A stretch of 64,000 bases of DNA from Alphaproteobacteria bacterium. Lineage in GTDB: Bacteria > Pseudomonadota > Alphaproteobacteria > UBA828. Shown one piece after another: positions 10,002 through 19,882 of this stretch. Within the stretch, counting starts at the first letter, position 1. Every line of letters begins with the position of its first letter. A program made the translations under genes and the position numbers. The stretch covers positions 256,001 to 320,000 of the forward strand of contig CBDCQT010000013.1 in NCBI GenBank assembly GCA_965220745.1. Reading direction: 5' to 3'. A model generated the notes under the pieces. That model was given only the letters and a program-made list of their open reading frames with translations, did no database searches and was not told the origin of the DNA.

Positions 10002-10336
10002 GCGCGTCGCAGCTCAAGACCGAGGTACTGGTGCAGGCGGGCTTCCGCTATTGCCAGCAAGCGCTGCTGTTCGCTGCGCTCCGGCGCCGCGGCGATGCCG
10101 ACGCGGGCGCGCTCCTGGTCAAGGTCAGCCGCCTCGACGGCACGGCGGCGGTCTTCGCCCGGACTCAATCGCTCGACGGCGACCTCGCCTGGCGCCGCGC
10201 CACCGGTGAGGGCTGGATTCCGGAGGAGGAGGCCGAGGCGCGGCTTGCACGGGAGATCGACTTCGACCCGGACGTCTGGATCGTCGAGGTCGAGGACCCC
10301 GAGGGCCGCAACCCCTTCGCGACGTTGACCGGCTGA
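9998..10336 (+). CDS. DUF1491 family protein
   Basis: RRGD.DAGA...FDPDVWIVEVED motif; ATGA overlap with DUF192. Confidence 0.85.
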   Translation: MSASQLKTEVLVQAGFRYCQQALLFAALRRRGDADAGALLVKVSRLDGTAAVFARTQSLDGDLAWRRATGEGWIPEEEAEARLAREIDFDPDVWIVEVEDPEGRNPFATLTG

Positions 10337-10399
10337 GCGGTTCACCCGCATTGCTCGCTGCGTTCGCGGTCCGGTTCCATGTCCCACCGCGACGCACAT

Positions 10400-10550
10400 T
10401 AATTTCATGCGGGACACGCCGGGATTAAGCGGGATAGGTGTGATCCCCTGGGACAAGCGGCGGCAATGACCTGGGATGCGGCTGGTTCGCTCGTATGCTG
10501 CATGGCGCGATCCTGCCGCAGGCGCCGCGCGCCCTGCATCGCACCATGGT
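10400..10550 (-). repeat. Dispersed intergenic element, copy A (10-bp-phased CGGGA boxes plus 47-bp conserved head)
   Basis: GGGA at 10411, 10421, 10431, 10450; reverse complement of 10504-10550 matches 37305-37351 at 36/47 nt, ungapped. Confidence 0.55.
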
Positions 10551-10555
10551 GCGGG

Positions 10556-12637
10556 TTATCCCGAGCGCAGGTAGCGCACCGCCATGTCGCGCTCGAACAG
10601 GTAGAGCAGCGTGCGCAACGCCTGGCCGCGCTCCGCTTCCAGCTCCGGGTCGCGCTCCAGCACCAGGCGCACGTCGTCGCGCGCGACCGCCAGCAGCTCC
10701 TCGTGCACGGCGAGGTCGGCGAGGTGGAAGGCCGGCATGCCGCTCTGGCGCGTGCCCAGCAGCTCGCCGGCGCCGCGCAAACGCAGGTCTTCCTCGGCGA
10801 TGCGAAAGCCGTCGTCGGTCTCGCGCAGGATGTTGAGCCGCGCCCGCGCCGTCTCGCCCAGCGGTGCGGCGTAGAGCAGCAGGCAGGTACCCGGCTTCGC
10901 CCCGCGCCCGACCCGGCCGCGCAGCTGGTGAAGCTGGGCAAGGCCGAAGCGCTCCGCGTGCTCGACGATCATGATGGTGGCCGCGGTTATGTCGACGCCG
11001 ACCTCGACCACCGTCGTCGCCACCAGGATATCGGCGCCGTCGCCCGTGAAGGAGGCCATGGCGGCGTCCTTCTCCGGCCCCTTCATACGGCCGTGGATCA
11101 GCGCGACACGGGCGCCGAAGGCCTCGGCCAGCTTCGCGTGGCGGTCGGTCGCGGCGGCGAGGTCCACCGCCTCCGATTCCTCCACCAGCGGGCAGACCCA
11201 ATAGACCTTGGCGCCGGTACCGAGCGCGCGGCGCACGGCGGCGACCACCTCCTCCAGCCGCTCCAGCGGCATGGCGCGGGTGGCGACGGCGGCCCGGCCC
11301 GGCAGCCGCCCTTCGATGCGCGAGACGTCCATGTCGCCGTGAGCGGTGAGCACCAGCGAGCGTGGGATCGGGGTCGCGGTCATCACCAGAAGGTCCGCCG
11401 CCGGCCCCTTGCGCGCGAGCAGCATGCGCTGATGCACGCCGAAGCGATGCTGCTCGTCCACCACGGCGAGAGCGAGGTCCTTGAAGTCGACGCCCTTCTG
11501 AAACAGCGCGTGGGTGCCGACCAGAATATCGACCTCGCCGGCGGCGAGCGCCGCCAGAGTCCGCTCGCGGGCCCGCCCCTTTTCCCGCCCCGTGAGCAGG
11601 GCGAGGGAGACGCCGCTGCCTTCCAGCAGAATGCCCAGCGTCTCCGCGTGCTGGTTCGCCAGCAGCTCGGTCGGCACCATCAGCGCGGCCTGGGCGCCGG
11701 CCTCCACCGCGACCAGCATGGCGAAGAGCGCCACCACGGTCTTGCCGCTGCCGACATCGCCTTGCAGCAGGCGAAGCATGCGGCGCTCCTTCGCGAGGTC
11801 GTCTGCGATTTCGCCGGCGGCGGCGCGCTGGCTCCCGGTCAGGGTGAAGGGGAGGCTCGCCTCCACCGCGCGGCGGAGCCGGCCGTCGCCTGCGACGGCG
11901 CGCCCGCGCCCGCCCCTGGCGGAGCGCCGCACCAGCGCCAGCGCGAGCTGGTTCGCCAGCAGCTCGTCGTAGGCGAGGCGGGAGCGCACCGGGGTGTCGG
12001 GCTCCAGGTCGGCGGCGTTCTCGGGCGCGTGCGCGGCCGCGAGCGCTTCGTTCCACGCCGGCCAGCCGCGCGCCTCCACCAGGCGCGGCTCGATCCATTC
12101 CGGCACCGCCGGCGCCCGCGCCAGCGCGGCGCGCACCGCACGGGTCATCGGCTTCAGCGTGACGCCCGCCGTCAGCGGATAGATCGGCTCCACCGTCTGC
12201 ACGCTGTCCCGCTGATCCAGCGGCGCGATGTGGTCCGGGTGCGCCATCTGGATTTCGCTGCCGTAGTGCTCGACGCGCCCGCTCACCACCCGCACCGAGC
12301 CTTCGGGCAGCCGTTGCCTGAGCCAGTCCCCCTTCGCGTGGAAGAAGACCAGCGTGAGGGTGCCCGTCTCGTCCGAGCAGTAGACCTTTGCGGGGCGCCT
12401 GCGGTCCGGCGCCGGCTGGTGGCGATCGACGCGCACGGTGAGCGTCGCCGTAGCGCCGGCCTCGGCCTCGACGACCTTCGGCGCATGGCGCCGGTCGATC
12501 AGCCCCGACGGCAGGTGCCAGAGCAGGTGCACCACCAGCGGCCCGGCCAGCCGCTCGTAGGCCGACGCCGTGCGGGCGCCGACTCCCGGCAGCACCGTCG
12601 CCGGCGCGAACAGCGGATTGAGGATCGCCGGGCGCAT
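10556..12637 (-). CDS. recG: ATP-dependent DNA helicase RecG
   Basis: RLLQGDVGSGKT, VVDEQHRFGV, MTATPIPRS, QLHQLRGRVGRG, EDLRLRGAGELLGTRQSG. Confidence 0.98.
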   Translation of the reverse strand: MRPAILNPLFAPATVLPGVGARTASAYERLAGPLVVHLLWHLPSGLIDRRHAPKVVEAEAGATATLTVRVDRHQPAPDRRRPAKVYCSDETGTLTLVFFHAKGDWLRQRLPEGSVRVVSGRVEHYGSEIQMAHPDHIAPLDQRDSVQTVEPIYPLTAGVTLKPMTRAVRAALARAPAVPEWIEPRLVEARGWPAWNEALAAAHAPENAADLEPDTPVRSRLAYDELLANQLALALVRRSARGGRGRAVAGDGRLRRAVEASLPFTLTGSQRAAAGEIADDLAKERRMLRLLQGDVGSGKTVVALFAMLVAVEAGAQAALMVPTELLANQHAETLGILLEGSGVSLALLTGREKGRARERTLAALAAGEVDILVGTHALFQKGVDFKDLALAVVDEQHRFGVHQRMLLARKGPAADLLVMTATPIPRSLVLTAHGDMDVSRIEGRLPGRAAVATRAMPLERLEEVVAAVRRALGTGAKVYWVCPLVEESEAVDLAAATDRHAKLAEAFGARVALIHGRMKGPEKDAAMASFTGDGADILVATTVVEVGVDITAATIMIVEHAERFGLAQLHQLRGRVGRGAKPGTCLLLYAAPLGETARARLNILRETDDGFRIAEEDLRLRGAGELLGTRQSGMPAFHLADLAVHEELLAVARDDVRLVLERDPELEAERGQALRTLLYLFERDMAVRYLRSG

Positions 12638-12721
12638 CGCACGCGCACCCTATCCGCGCGGTATGCGAGCGCCAACCGGGCGGCTAAGGTGCGACAGTTG
12701 AACCGAGCGGCGGAGGTTCCC

Positions 12722-13150
12722 ATGACGGGCGAAGATACTCACCTGGCGACATGCGGCTGCGGTGGGCTGCAAGTGACGACGGTCGGCGATCCGGACCTCG
12801 TCGTCGCCTGCAGCTGCATCGCCTGCCAGCGCCGCACCGGCAGCCCCTTCGGCGTCGGCGCCTACTTCCGCAAGGAGACGGTCTCGGCGGAGGGCGAGGC
12901 GGGGACGTACGCGCGGGTGGCTGATTCGGGCCTGAGGGTCTCGATCAACTTCTGCCCCTCGTGCGGCACGAGCGTTTACTGGTTCGCCGAGCTTCGCCCC
13001 GATCACTATGGCGTTGCGGTGGGCTGCTTCGGCGAGCCCGGCTTCGGCGAGCCCTCCCGCGTGGTCTGGAACGAGAGCAGGCATCCCTGGGTCAAGTTCC
13101 CCGAGGGCCTGCCCGAATTCGACAAGGGCTCCCCGCCGGCGACAACCTAG
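12722..13150 (+). CDS. GFA / CENP-V family zinc protein
   Basis: CGCG...CSCIACQRRTG...FCPSCG; GGAGG RBS before ATG 12722. Confidence 0.9.
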   Translation: MTGEDTHLATCGCGGLQVTTVGDPDLVVACSCIACQRRTGSPFGVGAYFRKETVSAEGEAGTYARVADSGLRVSINFCPSCGTSVYWFAELRPDHYGVAVGCFGEPGFGEPSRVVWNESRHPWVKFPEGLPEFDKGSPPATT

Positions 13151-13833
13151 AACGGCACGCCGACCGCCTTGCACAGGAAGCCGGTGAATTCGCCGCCCGC
13201 GCCCGCGATTGCCGCGAAGCGGTCGAGGAAGTCGGGGCGGACCGCTTCGTCCTCCTCCACGTCGGCGATCACCACGAAGTCCTTGCGCTTGAGGTCCTCA
13301 ATCAGAGGATGCTCCGGGTCGTAGCCGCGCGGCGGACGCTTGAGCGCATCGCCCGCCAGCCGGAAGGTCCGGCAGAAATCGCCGCCCGTGGTGATCCGCG
13401 TCCATTCCTCCGGCTTCTCGACGATGGCATCGCGGATCCGGCCGAGCGTGGGACTGTCCGGGTGCCAGACCCCGCATCCCGCGAAGCACATGCCGGGCTC
13501 CAGGTGCAGGTAGAAGCCCGGCGCGTGCGCGTCCTTGCCGGCCTCGTGGCGGAAGTGCGCGCCCACGTTGGTCTTGTAGGGCGTCTTGTCCTTGGAGAAC
13601 CGCGTGTCCCGATAGATGCGGAAGAGCGAGCCGCCGTTGGCCCGGGGGTCGGCGCGGAAGTGCGGGCTGATCTCCGCCAGCGGCTCCGCGAAGGCCTGGA
13701 TGAAGTCGAGCATGGGGTCGCGCACCTCAGCCCGGTAGCGCGCCTTGTTCTCCTCGAACCACGGCCGCTCGTTGTTGGCCCCGAGCTCGCGCAGGAAGTC
13801 GAAGAGGGCAGGGGTAATGAGTTGCGCAGTCAT
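13147..13833 (-). CDS. DUF2461 family protein
   Basis: FLREL..NNERPWF, FRIYRDTRFSKDKTPYK, LKRPPRGY motifs. Confidence 0.9.
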   Translation of the reverse strand: MTAQLITPALFDFLRELGANNERPWFEENKARYRAEVRDPMLDFIQAFAEPLAEISPHFRADPRANGGSLFRIYRDTRFSKDKTPYKTNVGAHFRHEAGKDAHAPGFYLHLEPGMCFAGCGVWHPDSPTLGRIRDAIVEKPEEWTRITTGGDFCRTFRLAGDALKRPPRGYDPEHPLIEDLKRKDFVVIADVEEDEAVRPDFLDRFAAIAGAGGEFTGFLCKAVGVPF

Positions 13834-13958
13834 GGCGTCCTTTCCGGGCTGGCGTGTGTGGCGCGCCCACCATCGCACAGCGGAGGCGGCGTCCAAAGTG
13901 AGGTGCCGCCGTGCTAAAATGAAGGCCATGTGATCCCCCACGACGACAGAGACTTCCG

Positions 13959-15383
13959 ATGGCCCTCGCCGAAGCGAAAGCCCCGCAGCCCGAACCCGCG
14001 CCGAGCGAGCCGATCGCGCGCACGCTCGCGCGCTTCGCCCGTGAGCTCACCCTGGAGGACGTGCCGGAGGCCGTGGTCGAGCGCGCCAAGCTGCATATCC
14101 TCGACGCTGTGGGGATTGGCCTCGCGGCCTCTCGCTACGACTTCAGCCACAAGACGCTGACCGCCATCCACGGCCTCGCCGGCGACGGACCCTATCCCGT
14201 CATCGGGATGCCGGCACGGCTGCCGCTGCGCGATGCCGCGCAGATGAACGGCTTCCTCATCCACGGCCTCGACTACGACGACACCCACGTCGGCGGCGTG
14301 ATCCACGCCACTACCAGCGCGGTGCCGACGGTGCTGGCCGCCGGCCAGAGGCACGGCGCCTCGGGGCGGGAGATGCTGGAGGCCTATCTCGTGGCGATCG
14401 AGGGCGCGGCCCGCATCGCTGCCGCGGCGCAGGGCGGCTTCCATCGCTTGGGCTTTCACCCCACCGGCATGGTCGGCGTGTTCGGCGCGGCGCTCGCTGC
14501 CGGCCGGCTCGCGGGCATGACCGAAACCCAGCTCGCCCACGCCCAGGGCATCGCGCTCAGCATGGCCGCCGGCAGCCTGCAATTCCTTGACGACGGCGCC
14601 TGGACCAAGCGGATGCATCCCGGCTGGGCGGCGCTCGCCGGCATCAGCGCCGCGGCCCTCGCGCAGCAGGGGTTCCAGGGTCCGGCCGAGCCCTACGAGG
14701 GGCGCTTCGGCCTCTACGCGCTCTACGGCGCGCCCGACGCAGAGATCGACTGGGCGATGTGCACCGCCGGCCTCGGCGAGGACTGGGAGATGCTGCGCAT
14801 CGGCATCAAGCCCTATCCGGCCTGCCACCTGGTCCACGCGCTGGGCGATGCGGCACAGGCGTTGCGCGACGAGCACGGACTCACGCCCGCCGATGTCGAG
14901 AGCGTCGATGCACTAATTGGCGAGGGCTGCGTCAGCGTTGTGTGCGAGCCCGAGGTCGCCAAGCGCCGCCCGGCGAGCGCCTATGAGGCCCAGTTCAGCG
15001 CCCACTACATGATCGCGAGCGTGCTCTCGCGCGGCCGCTTTACGTTGGCCGAGCTTGAGCCCGAGGCCTACACTGACCCGGCGGCGCTCGCGCTCTGCGA
15101 CCGGATCAGCTACCGGGTCGATCCCGACTCGGCCTTCCCCACCTACTACTCGGGCGAGGTGGCGATTCGCACGACCGACGGCCGCACGCTCCGCCACCGC
15201 GAGCAGGTCAACCGCGGCGCCGACACCCGCCCGCTCAGCGCCGACGAGATCGTCGCCAAGTTCCGCGACAACGCCGCGATGACGCTCGCGCCCGACCGGG
15301 CGGAACGGGTGCTCAACGCGGTGATGGCGCTCGACGGCGACTCGACGCCGGCGGAGGTCGCGGCGCTGCTCAGCCTCGCCTGA
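13959..15383 (+). CDS. MmgE/PrpD family protein
   Basis: HGLDYDDTH, GFHPTG, KRMHPG, KPYPACH motifs. Confidence 0.92.
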   Translation: MALAEAKAPQPEPAPSEPIARTLARFARELTLEDVPEAVVERAKLHILDAVGIGLAASRYDFSHKTLTAIHGLAGDGPYPVIGMPARLPLRDAAQMNGFLIHGLDYDDTHVGGVIHATTSAVPTVLAAGQRHGASGREMLEAYLVAIEGAARIAAAAQGGFHRLGFHPTGMVGVFGAALAAGRLAGMTETQLAHAQGIALSMAAGSLQFLDDGAWTKRMHPGWAALAGISAAALAQQGFQGPAEPYEGRFGLYALYGAPDAEIDWAMCTAGLGEDWEMLRIGIKPYPACHLVHALGDAAQALRDEHGLTPADVESVDALIGEGCVSVVCEPEVAKRRPASAYEAQFSAHYMIASVLSRGRFTLAELEPEAYTDPAALALCDRISYRVDPDSAFPTYYSGEVAIRTTDGRTLRHREQVNRGADTRPLSADEIVAKFRDNAAMTLAPDRAERVLNAVMALDGDSTPAEVAALLSLA

Positions 15384-15409
15384 CCGGGAACCATTTCGGC
15401 CTTTCCGGC

Positions 15410-15721
15410 ATGACCGCACGCATCGCCATCCCTGCCGACGGCATCGCCGCCTTCTGCGAGCGCTGGCAGGTGACGGAGCTCGCGCTGTTCGGCTCCGTGC
15501 TGCGCGACGACTTCGGTCCGGACAGCGACATCGACGTGCTGGTCTCGTTCGACGACACGGCCCGGCACACGCTCTTCGACATGGCCCGCATGGAAGGGGA
15601 GCTCAAGACGCTCTTCGGACGCGATGTGGACCTGGCTGAACGTGCAGGCATCGAGACGAGCAGGAACTACATACGCCGCAAGGCCATTCTCCAGTCGGCC
15701 GAGACCATCTATGCGGCATGA
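15410..15721 (+). CDS. Minimal nucleotidyltransferase antitoxin (MntA-type)
   Basis: LFGSVLRDDFGPDSDIDVLV (GSx10DxD) and GRDVDL. Confidence 0.9.
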   Translation: MTARIAIPADGIAAFCERWQVTELALFGSVLRDDFGPDSDIDVLVSFDDTARHTLFDMARMEGELKTLFGRDVDLAERAGIETSRNYIRRKAILQSAETIYAA

Positions 15722-16052
15722 GAATGCCCTGTTGCTCGACATGCTGATGGCCGCGCGCGAAGCGCAAGACATGGCACGTGGGGCGACACTCTCCGACTTC
15801 AAGCAGAGCCGGACTTTGCAACTTGCGATCATGAAGGCGGTGGAGATCGTTGGGGAGGCAGCGTCACGAGTCGGTGCGGATACCAAGCAAGCGCACCCCG
15901 ACATCCCCTGGGCGGACATCGTCGGGATGCGGAATCGCCTCGTCCACGGCTATTTCGATATAAACCTCGTGCGCGTGTGGGAGACGGTGGAGCAGGATAT
16001 CCCCCGCCTCATCGCCCAACTCGAAGGTTTGGTTTCCGAAGAGTCGTCGTAG
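15711..16052 (+). CDS. HEPN/DUF86 RNase toxin (HepT-type)
   Basis: EIVGEA, IPW..IVGMRNRLVHGY (Rx4HxY); overlaps the MNT stop. Confidence 0.9.
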   Translation: MRHENALLLDMLMAAREAQDMARGATLSDFKQSRTLQLAIMKAVEIVGEAASRVGADTKQAHPDIPWADIVGMRNRLVHGYFDINLVRVWETVEQDIPRLIAQLEGLVSEESS

Positions 16053-16061
16053 CGGCCGGCG

Positions 16062-17303
16062 CTACGAGCCACCGGCGCGGTGGATCGTGCCGTCGGCTTC
16101 GAGCGCCTCGATCTCGTCGGGCGCGTAGCCCAGATCGGCAAGGACGGCGGCGGTGTCCGCGCCGAGCGCAGGCGCCGCGCTGCGCGGCATGACCGCGCCG
16201 TCCACGGTGATTGGCTGGCGGACCATGCGCATCGTTCCGCGTTCGGGGTGCGCCACCTCCTGCACCATGCGCCGGCGCTCGGCGAAGTCGCTCACGAGCG
16301 CGTCGGCCACGTCGTTGACCGGCGCGCAGGGGAGGACCCCGGCGAGCCGCTCCAGCCACGCCTCGGTGGTGCGGGTCAGGAACACCGCCTCCAGCCGCCG
16401 CACCACTTCGTCCCGATTCTCGTAGCGCGCCGCGAAATCCCGCATCAGGGGGTCGTCGATCCACTCCGGCCGCTCCATGGCCCGGCAGAGCGCGGGCCAG
16501 AAGTTCGCCTTGTTGGCCATCACGAAGAGCCAGCCGTCGGCAGTGCGGTAGAGCTCGCTCGGCACCAGCGAGGGATGGCCCGAGCGCGCCACCCGCCTGG
16601 GCTCGAAGCCTTCGTTCAAGTGCCAGGTCGCCGGATAGCTCAGGTTGTTCATCGCCACGTCGTAGAGCGGGGTGTCGATGTCCATGCCCCGGCCCGTGGC
16701 GCGCGCCCGCATGACGCCCGAGACCAGCGCGAGCGCCGCCGTCAGCCCGCCCATGAAGTCGACCACCGAGAGCCCGAAGCGGGTCGGTACGCTGTCCGGC
16801 TCCCCGGTCATGGAGAGATAGCCGGCCTCCGCCTGCATCACGTAGTCGAGGCCGGGCCAGGCGGCGCGCTCGTTGTCGCGGCCGTAGGCCGAGAGGTGCA
16901 CGCAGACGAGGCGCGGGTTGGCCGCCTTCAGGCTCGCGTGATCGAGCCCGAGCGTGCCCGGCAGGTCGCCCCGCAGGTTGTTGATGAGGGCGTCGGCGCG
17001 CTCGACCAGCCGCTCCAGAATCTCCCGGCCCGCCGGTTTCTTCAGGTCCAGCGCAATGCAGCGCTTGTTGCAGCTGAAGGTCTGGAAGAAGAGGCTGTCG
17101 CCGTCCTCGGCGTAGGGCAGCACGTGGCGGCCCATCTCGCCGCCGGCCTTGTGATTCTCGATCTTGATGACGTCCGCGCCGAGGTCGGCGAGGTACATGG
17201 TGCCGAAGGGGGCGGCACCGTACTGCTCGATGGAGACGACGGTGAGCCCTTCGAGCGGTCGGATCGGACTAGCCGGCGGCGCCGCAGCAGCGTCGTCGCT
17301 CAC
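16062..17303 (-). CDS. Class III CoA-transferase (CaiB/BaiF)
   Basis: LADLGADVIKIE, NKR.IALDLK, SAYG...PGLD, APALGADT. Confidence 0.93.
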   Translation of the reverse strand: MSDDAAAAPPASPIRPLEGLTVVSIEQYGAAPFGTMYLADLGADVIKIENHKAGGEMGRHVLPYAEDGDSLFFQTFSCNKRCIALDLKKPAGREILERLVERADALINNLRGDLPGTLGLDHASLKAANPRLVCVHLSAYGRDNERAAWPGLDYVMQAEAGYLSMTGEPDSVPTRFGLSVVDFMGGLTAALALVSGVMRARATGRGMDIDTPLYDVAMNNLSYPATWHLNEGFEPRRVARSGHPSLVPSELYRTADGWLFVMANKANFWPALCRAMERPEWIDDPLMRDFAARYENRDEVVRRLEAVFLTRTTEAWLERLAGVLPCAPVNDVADALVSDFAERRRMVQEVAHPERGTMRMVRQPITVDGAVMPRSAAPALGADTAAVLADLGYAPDEIEALEADGTIHRAGGS

Positions 17304-18469
17304 GCCGGATTTCGCTCGATCAGCTGCCGCGCGATGATCAGCCGCTGGATCTCGTTGGTGCCCTCGCCGATGCAGAGCAGCGGGGCATCGCGGTACATCC
17401 GCTCGATCGGGAACTCCTTGGAGTAGCCGTAGCCGCCGTGGATGCGCATGGCCTCGATGCTGTTCTCGAGCGCAGCCTCCGTGGCGAAGAGCTTGGCGAT
17501 GCCGGCCTCCATGTCGCAGCGTTGCCCGGTCTCGTAGGCGAGCGCCGCGCGCTCGGTGAGCAGCCGCGCGGCCTCCGTGCGGGTCACCATGTCAGCGAGC
17601 TTGATCTGAATCGCCTGGTGCTGGGCGATCGGCTTGCCGAAGGTCTTGCGCTCCTGGGAATAGCGCACCGCCTCGTCGAGGCAGGACTGGGCGACGCCGA
17701 CGCCGCGCGCGGCGACGTTGATGCGGCCGAGCTCCAGGCCGCTCAGCGCGTGCTGCAGGCCCTTGCCCTCGACCCCGCCGATGAGCTTGTCGGCATCGAC
17801 TCGGTAGTCCTCGAAGGCGAGCTCCGCGGTGTCGATCCCGCGATAGCCCAGCTTCTGGAGCTTGCGGCTGACCCGGAAGCCTTCGCCCTTCTCGGCGAGA
17901 AACAGGCTCATGCCCTTGTGCCGGGGCTCAGCGTTGGGGTCGGTCTTGACCAGCAGCGCGAGGCAGGAGCCGTGAATGCTGTTGGTGATCCAGGTCTTGG
18001 CGCCGTTGATCACGTAGGCGTTGTTGCCCTCGCGCTTGGCCGTGGTGCGGATCGCCTGCAGGTCAGTGCCGCAGTCGGGCTCGGTGAGCGCGAGTCCGCC
18101 CCGCAGCTCGCCGCTCGCGAAGCGTGGCAGGTAGGAGCCCCGCTGCTCGTCGGTGCCGAAGCGCTCGACCGCCGCAGCCATGATGAGGTGGGAGTTGATC
18201 AGCCCGCTCACCGACATCCAGGCGTGGGAGAGTCGCTCGATGATCTTGGCGTAGGTGGTGATCGGCAGGCCGAGGCCGCCGAATTCTTCGGAGATGGTGG
18301 CGCCGAAGAGCCCCATCTCCTTCATCCTCTCGACGATATCCTCCGGGTAGATGTCGTCATGCTCGAGCGCGGCAACGTGGGGGCGGACATCGCGGTCCAG
18401 GAATCGCTCGATTCCGTCGAGAATCAGCGCTTCTTGTTCCGTGTCCACGGTCTCGGCATGGTTCGCCAT
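17300..18469 (-). CDS. Acyl-CoA dehydrogenase
   Basis: LTEPDCGTD, NGAKTWITN, RKTFGKPI, IHGGYGY, IGEGTNEIQR. Confidence 0.95.
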   Translation of the reverse strand: MANHAETVDTEQEALILDGIERFLDRDVRPHVAALEHDDIYPEDIVERMKEMGLFGATISEEFGGLGLPITTYAKIIERLSHAWMSVSGLINSHLIMAAAVERFGTDEQRGSYLPRFASGELRGGLALTEPDCGTDLQAIRTTAKREGNNAYVINGAKTWITNSIHGSCLALLVKTDPNAEPRHKGMSLFLAEKGEGFRVSRKLQKLGYRGIDTAELAFEDYRVDADKLIGGVEGKGLQHALSGLELGRINVAARGVGVAQSCLDEAVRYSQERKTFGKPIAQHQAIQIKLADMVTRTEAARLLTERAALAYETGQRCDMEAGIAKLFATEAALENSIEAMRIHGGYGYSKEFPIERMYRDAPLLCIGEGTNEIQRLIIARQLIERNPA

Positions 18470-18644
18470 CGCGATAAACTCCCGTCTTCCGGTGCGCGCG
18501 CGGCGAGCATATCCCGCCGGCCTGATCGAGAAAATACTTGAGGCCGCGTCGCGTGAGCGGTATGTCAATCTGTCTTGGTAGGGAAGATGTGCGCCCACAG
18601 GGAGCGGCGAGACTCCCGCACGGGCCGAAGGGACGCGGGGAGCC

Positions 18645-19772
18645 ATGGCGGAACGTGGCGATGTAGAAATCAGGGGCGTGACCAAACGGTTCGGCCCGAC
18701 GATGGCCGTCGAGGATATCGACATCACGATCCCCGACGGTTCCTACTGCTGCCTGCTCGGGCCGAGCGGCTGCGGCAAGACGACTCTGCTCCGCATCATC
18801 GCGGGCCATGAGGTGCCGACCGAGGGTGATGTGCTGATCGGCGGGGAGTCGGTAATCGGCAAGCCCACCGGCCAGCGCGGCACGTCGATGATGTTCCAGA
18901 GCTACGCGCTCTTTCCGCATCTGACCGTGCTGGACAACGTGGCGTTCAGTCTGAAGATGAAGAGGGTCGCCAAGGGCGAGCGCCGCGAGCGCGCCTACGA
19001 GGTTCTGAAGCGCGTGCAGCTCGACCCGCTGGCCGACCGCATGCCGGCGCAGCTCTCAGGCGGGCAGCAGCAGCGTGTCGCACTGGCCCGCTCGCTGATC
19101 ACCAACCCCAAGGTGCTACTGCTCGACGAGCCGCTGTCTGCGCTGGACGAGTTCCTGCGCCTGCAGATGCGCGCCGAGCTGAAGTTCATCCAGATCGATC
19201 TCGGCATTACCTTCATCCACGTCACCCACACCCAGCCGGAGGCGCTGGCGATTGCCGACATGGTCGTGGTGATGGACACCGGACATATCGAGCAGGCGGC
19301 GACCGGGCCGGAGATCTACGATGAGCCGCGGACCACCTATGTTGCGGAGTTCATGGGCGGTTGGAACGTGTTTTCCGGCAAGGTGGCGGGAGTAGAGAAC
19401 AACGTGGTGACGGTCGCGGGCACCGAAGGCGACAATTTCCACTTGCCAAGCAACGGTCATCAAGTTGGTCAGGAGGTCAACTTCGGCGTCCGCCGCGACA
19501 AGGTGCATCTGGCGGGCGGGAGCATTGATCTGGACCGTGGTAACGCGCTGGGCGGCACGGTCCACGCGATCGAATACCAGGGCAACTGGGTCAAGCTCAC
19601 CATGACCCGGGAGCAGAAGCGGGACCTCGTCGCGGTGATCGAGGACCGTGAGTACTTCGCCAACCCGACCAAGGTGGGCGATCAGGTCACCGTCACATGG
19701 GCGAGCGAGGACGTGCGCGTGATGGAGCGCGCAACCGGCGCCCAGAACCTGATTGGCGAGAGTTTTGACTAG
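18645..19772 (+). CDS. ABC ATP-binding protein (PotA-like)
   Basis: GPSGCGKTT, LSGGQQQR, LLLDEPLSALD, TOBE-like C-terminus. Confidence 0.93.
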   Translation: MAERGDVEIRGVTKRFGPTMAVEDIDITIPDGSYCCLLGPSGCGKTTLLRIIAGHEVPTEGDVLIGGESVIGKPTGQRGTSMMFQSYALFPHLTVLDNVAFSLKMKRVAKGERRERAYEVLKRVQLDPLADRMPAQLSGGQQQRVALARSLITNPKVLLLDEPLSALDEFLRLQMRAELKFIQIDLGITFIHVTHTQPEALAIADMVVVMDTGHIEQAATGPEIYDEPRTTYVAEFMGGWNVFSGKVAGVENNVVTVAGTEGDNFHLPSNGHQVGQEVNFGVRRDKVHLAGGSIDLDRGNALGGTVHAIEYQGNWVKLTMTREQKRDLVAVIEDREYFANPTKVGDQVTVTWASEDVRVMERATGAQNLIGESFD

Positions 19773-19882
19773 CGTTTGTTCACTGGCGGCCGCCGGCAGC
19801 CGTCGCACTGCATCGACCGAGGAACATCGCCCAGGCCGGCGAGAGGGCGAGTATTCGAGGAACGCAGGCGAGGGAGGAAAGC

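Noticed and set aside
10466-13150. 894-aa ORF as a large fusion protein
   Set aside because: Mostly antisense to recG; only the last 142 aa (GFA, from ATG 12722 with RBS) are credible
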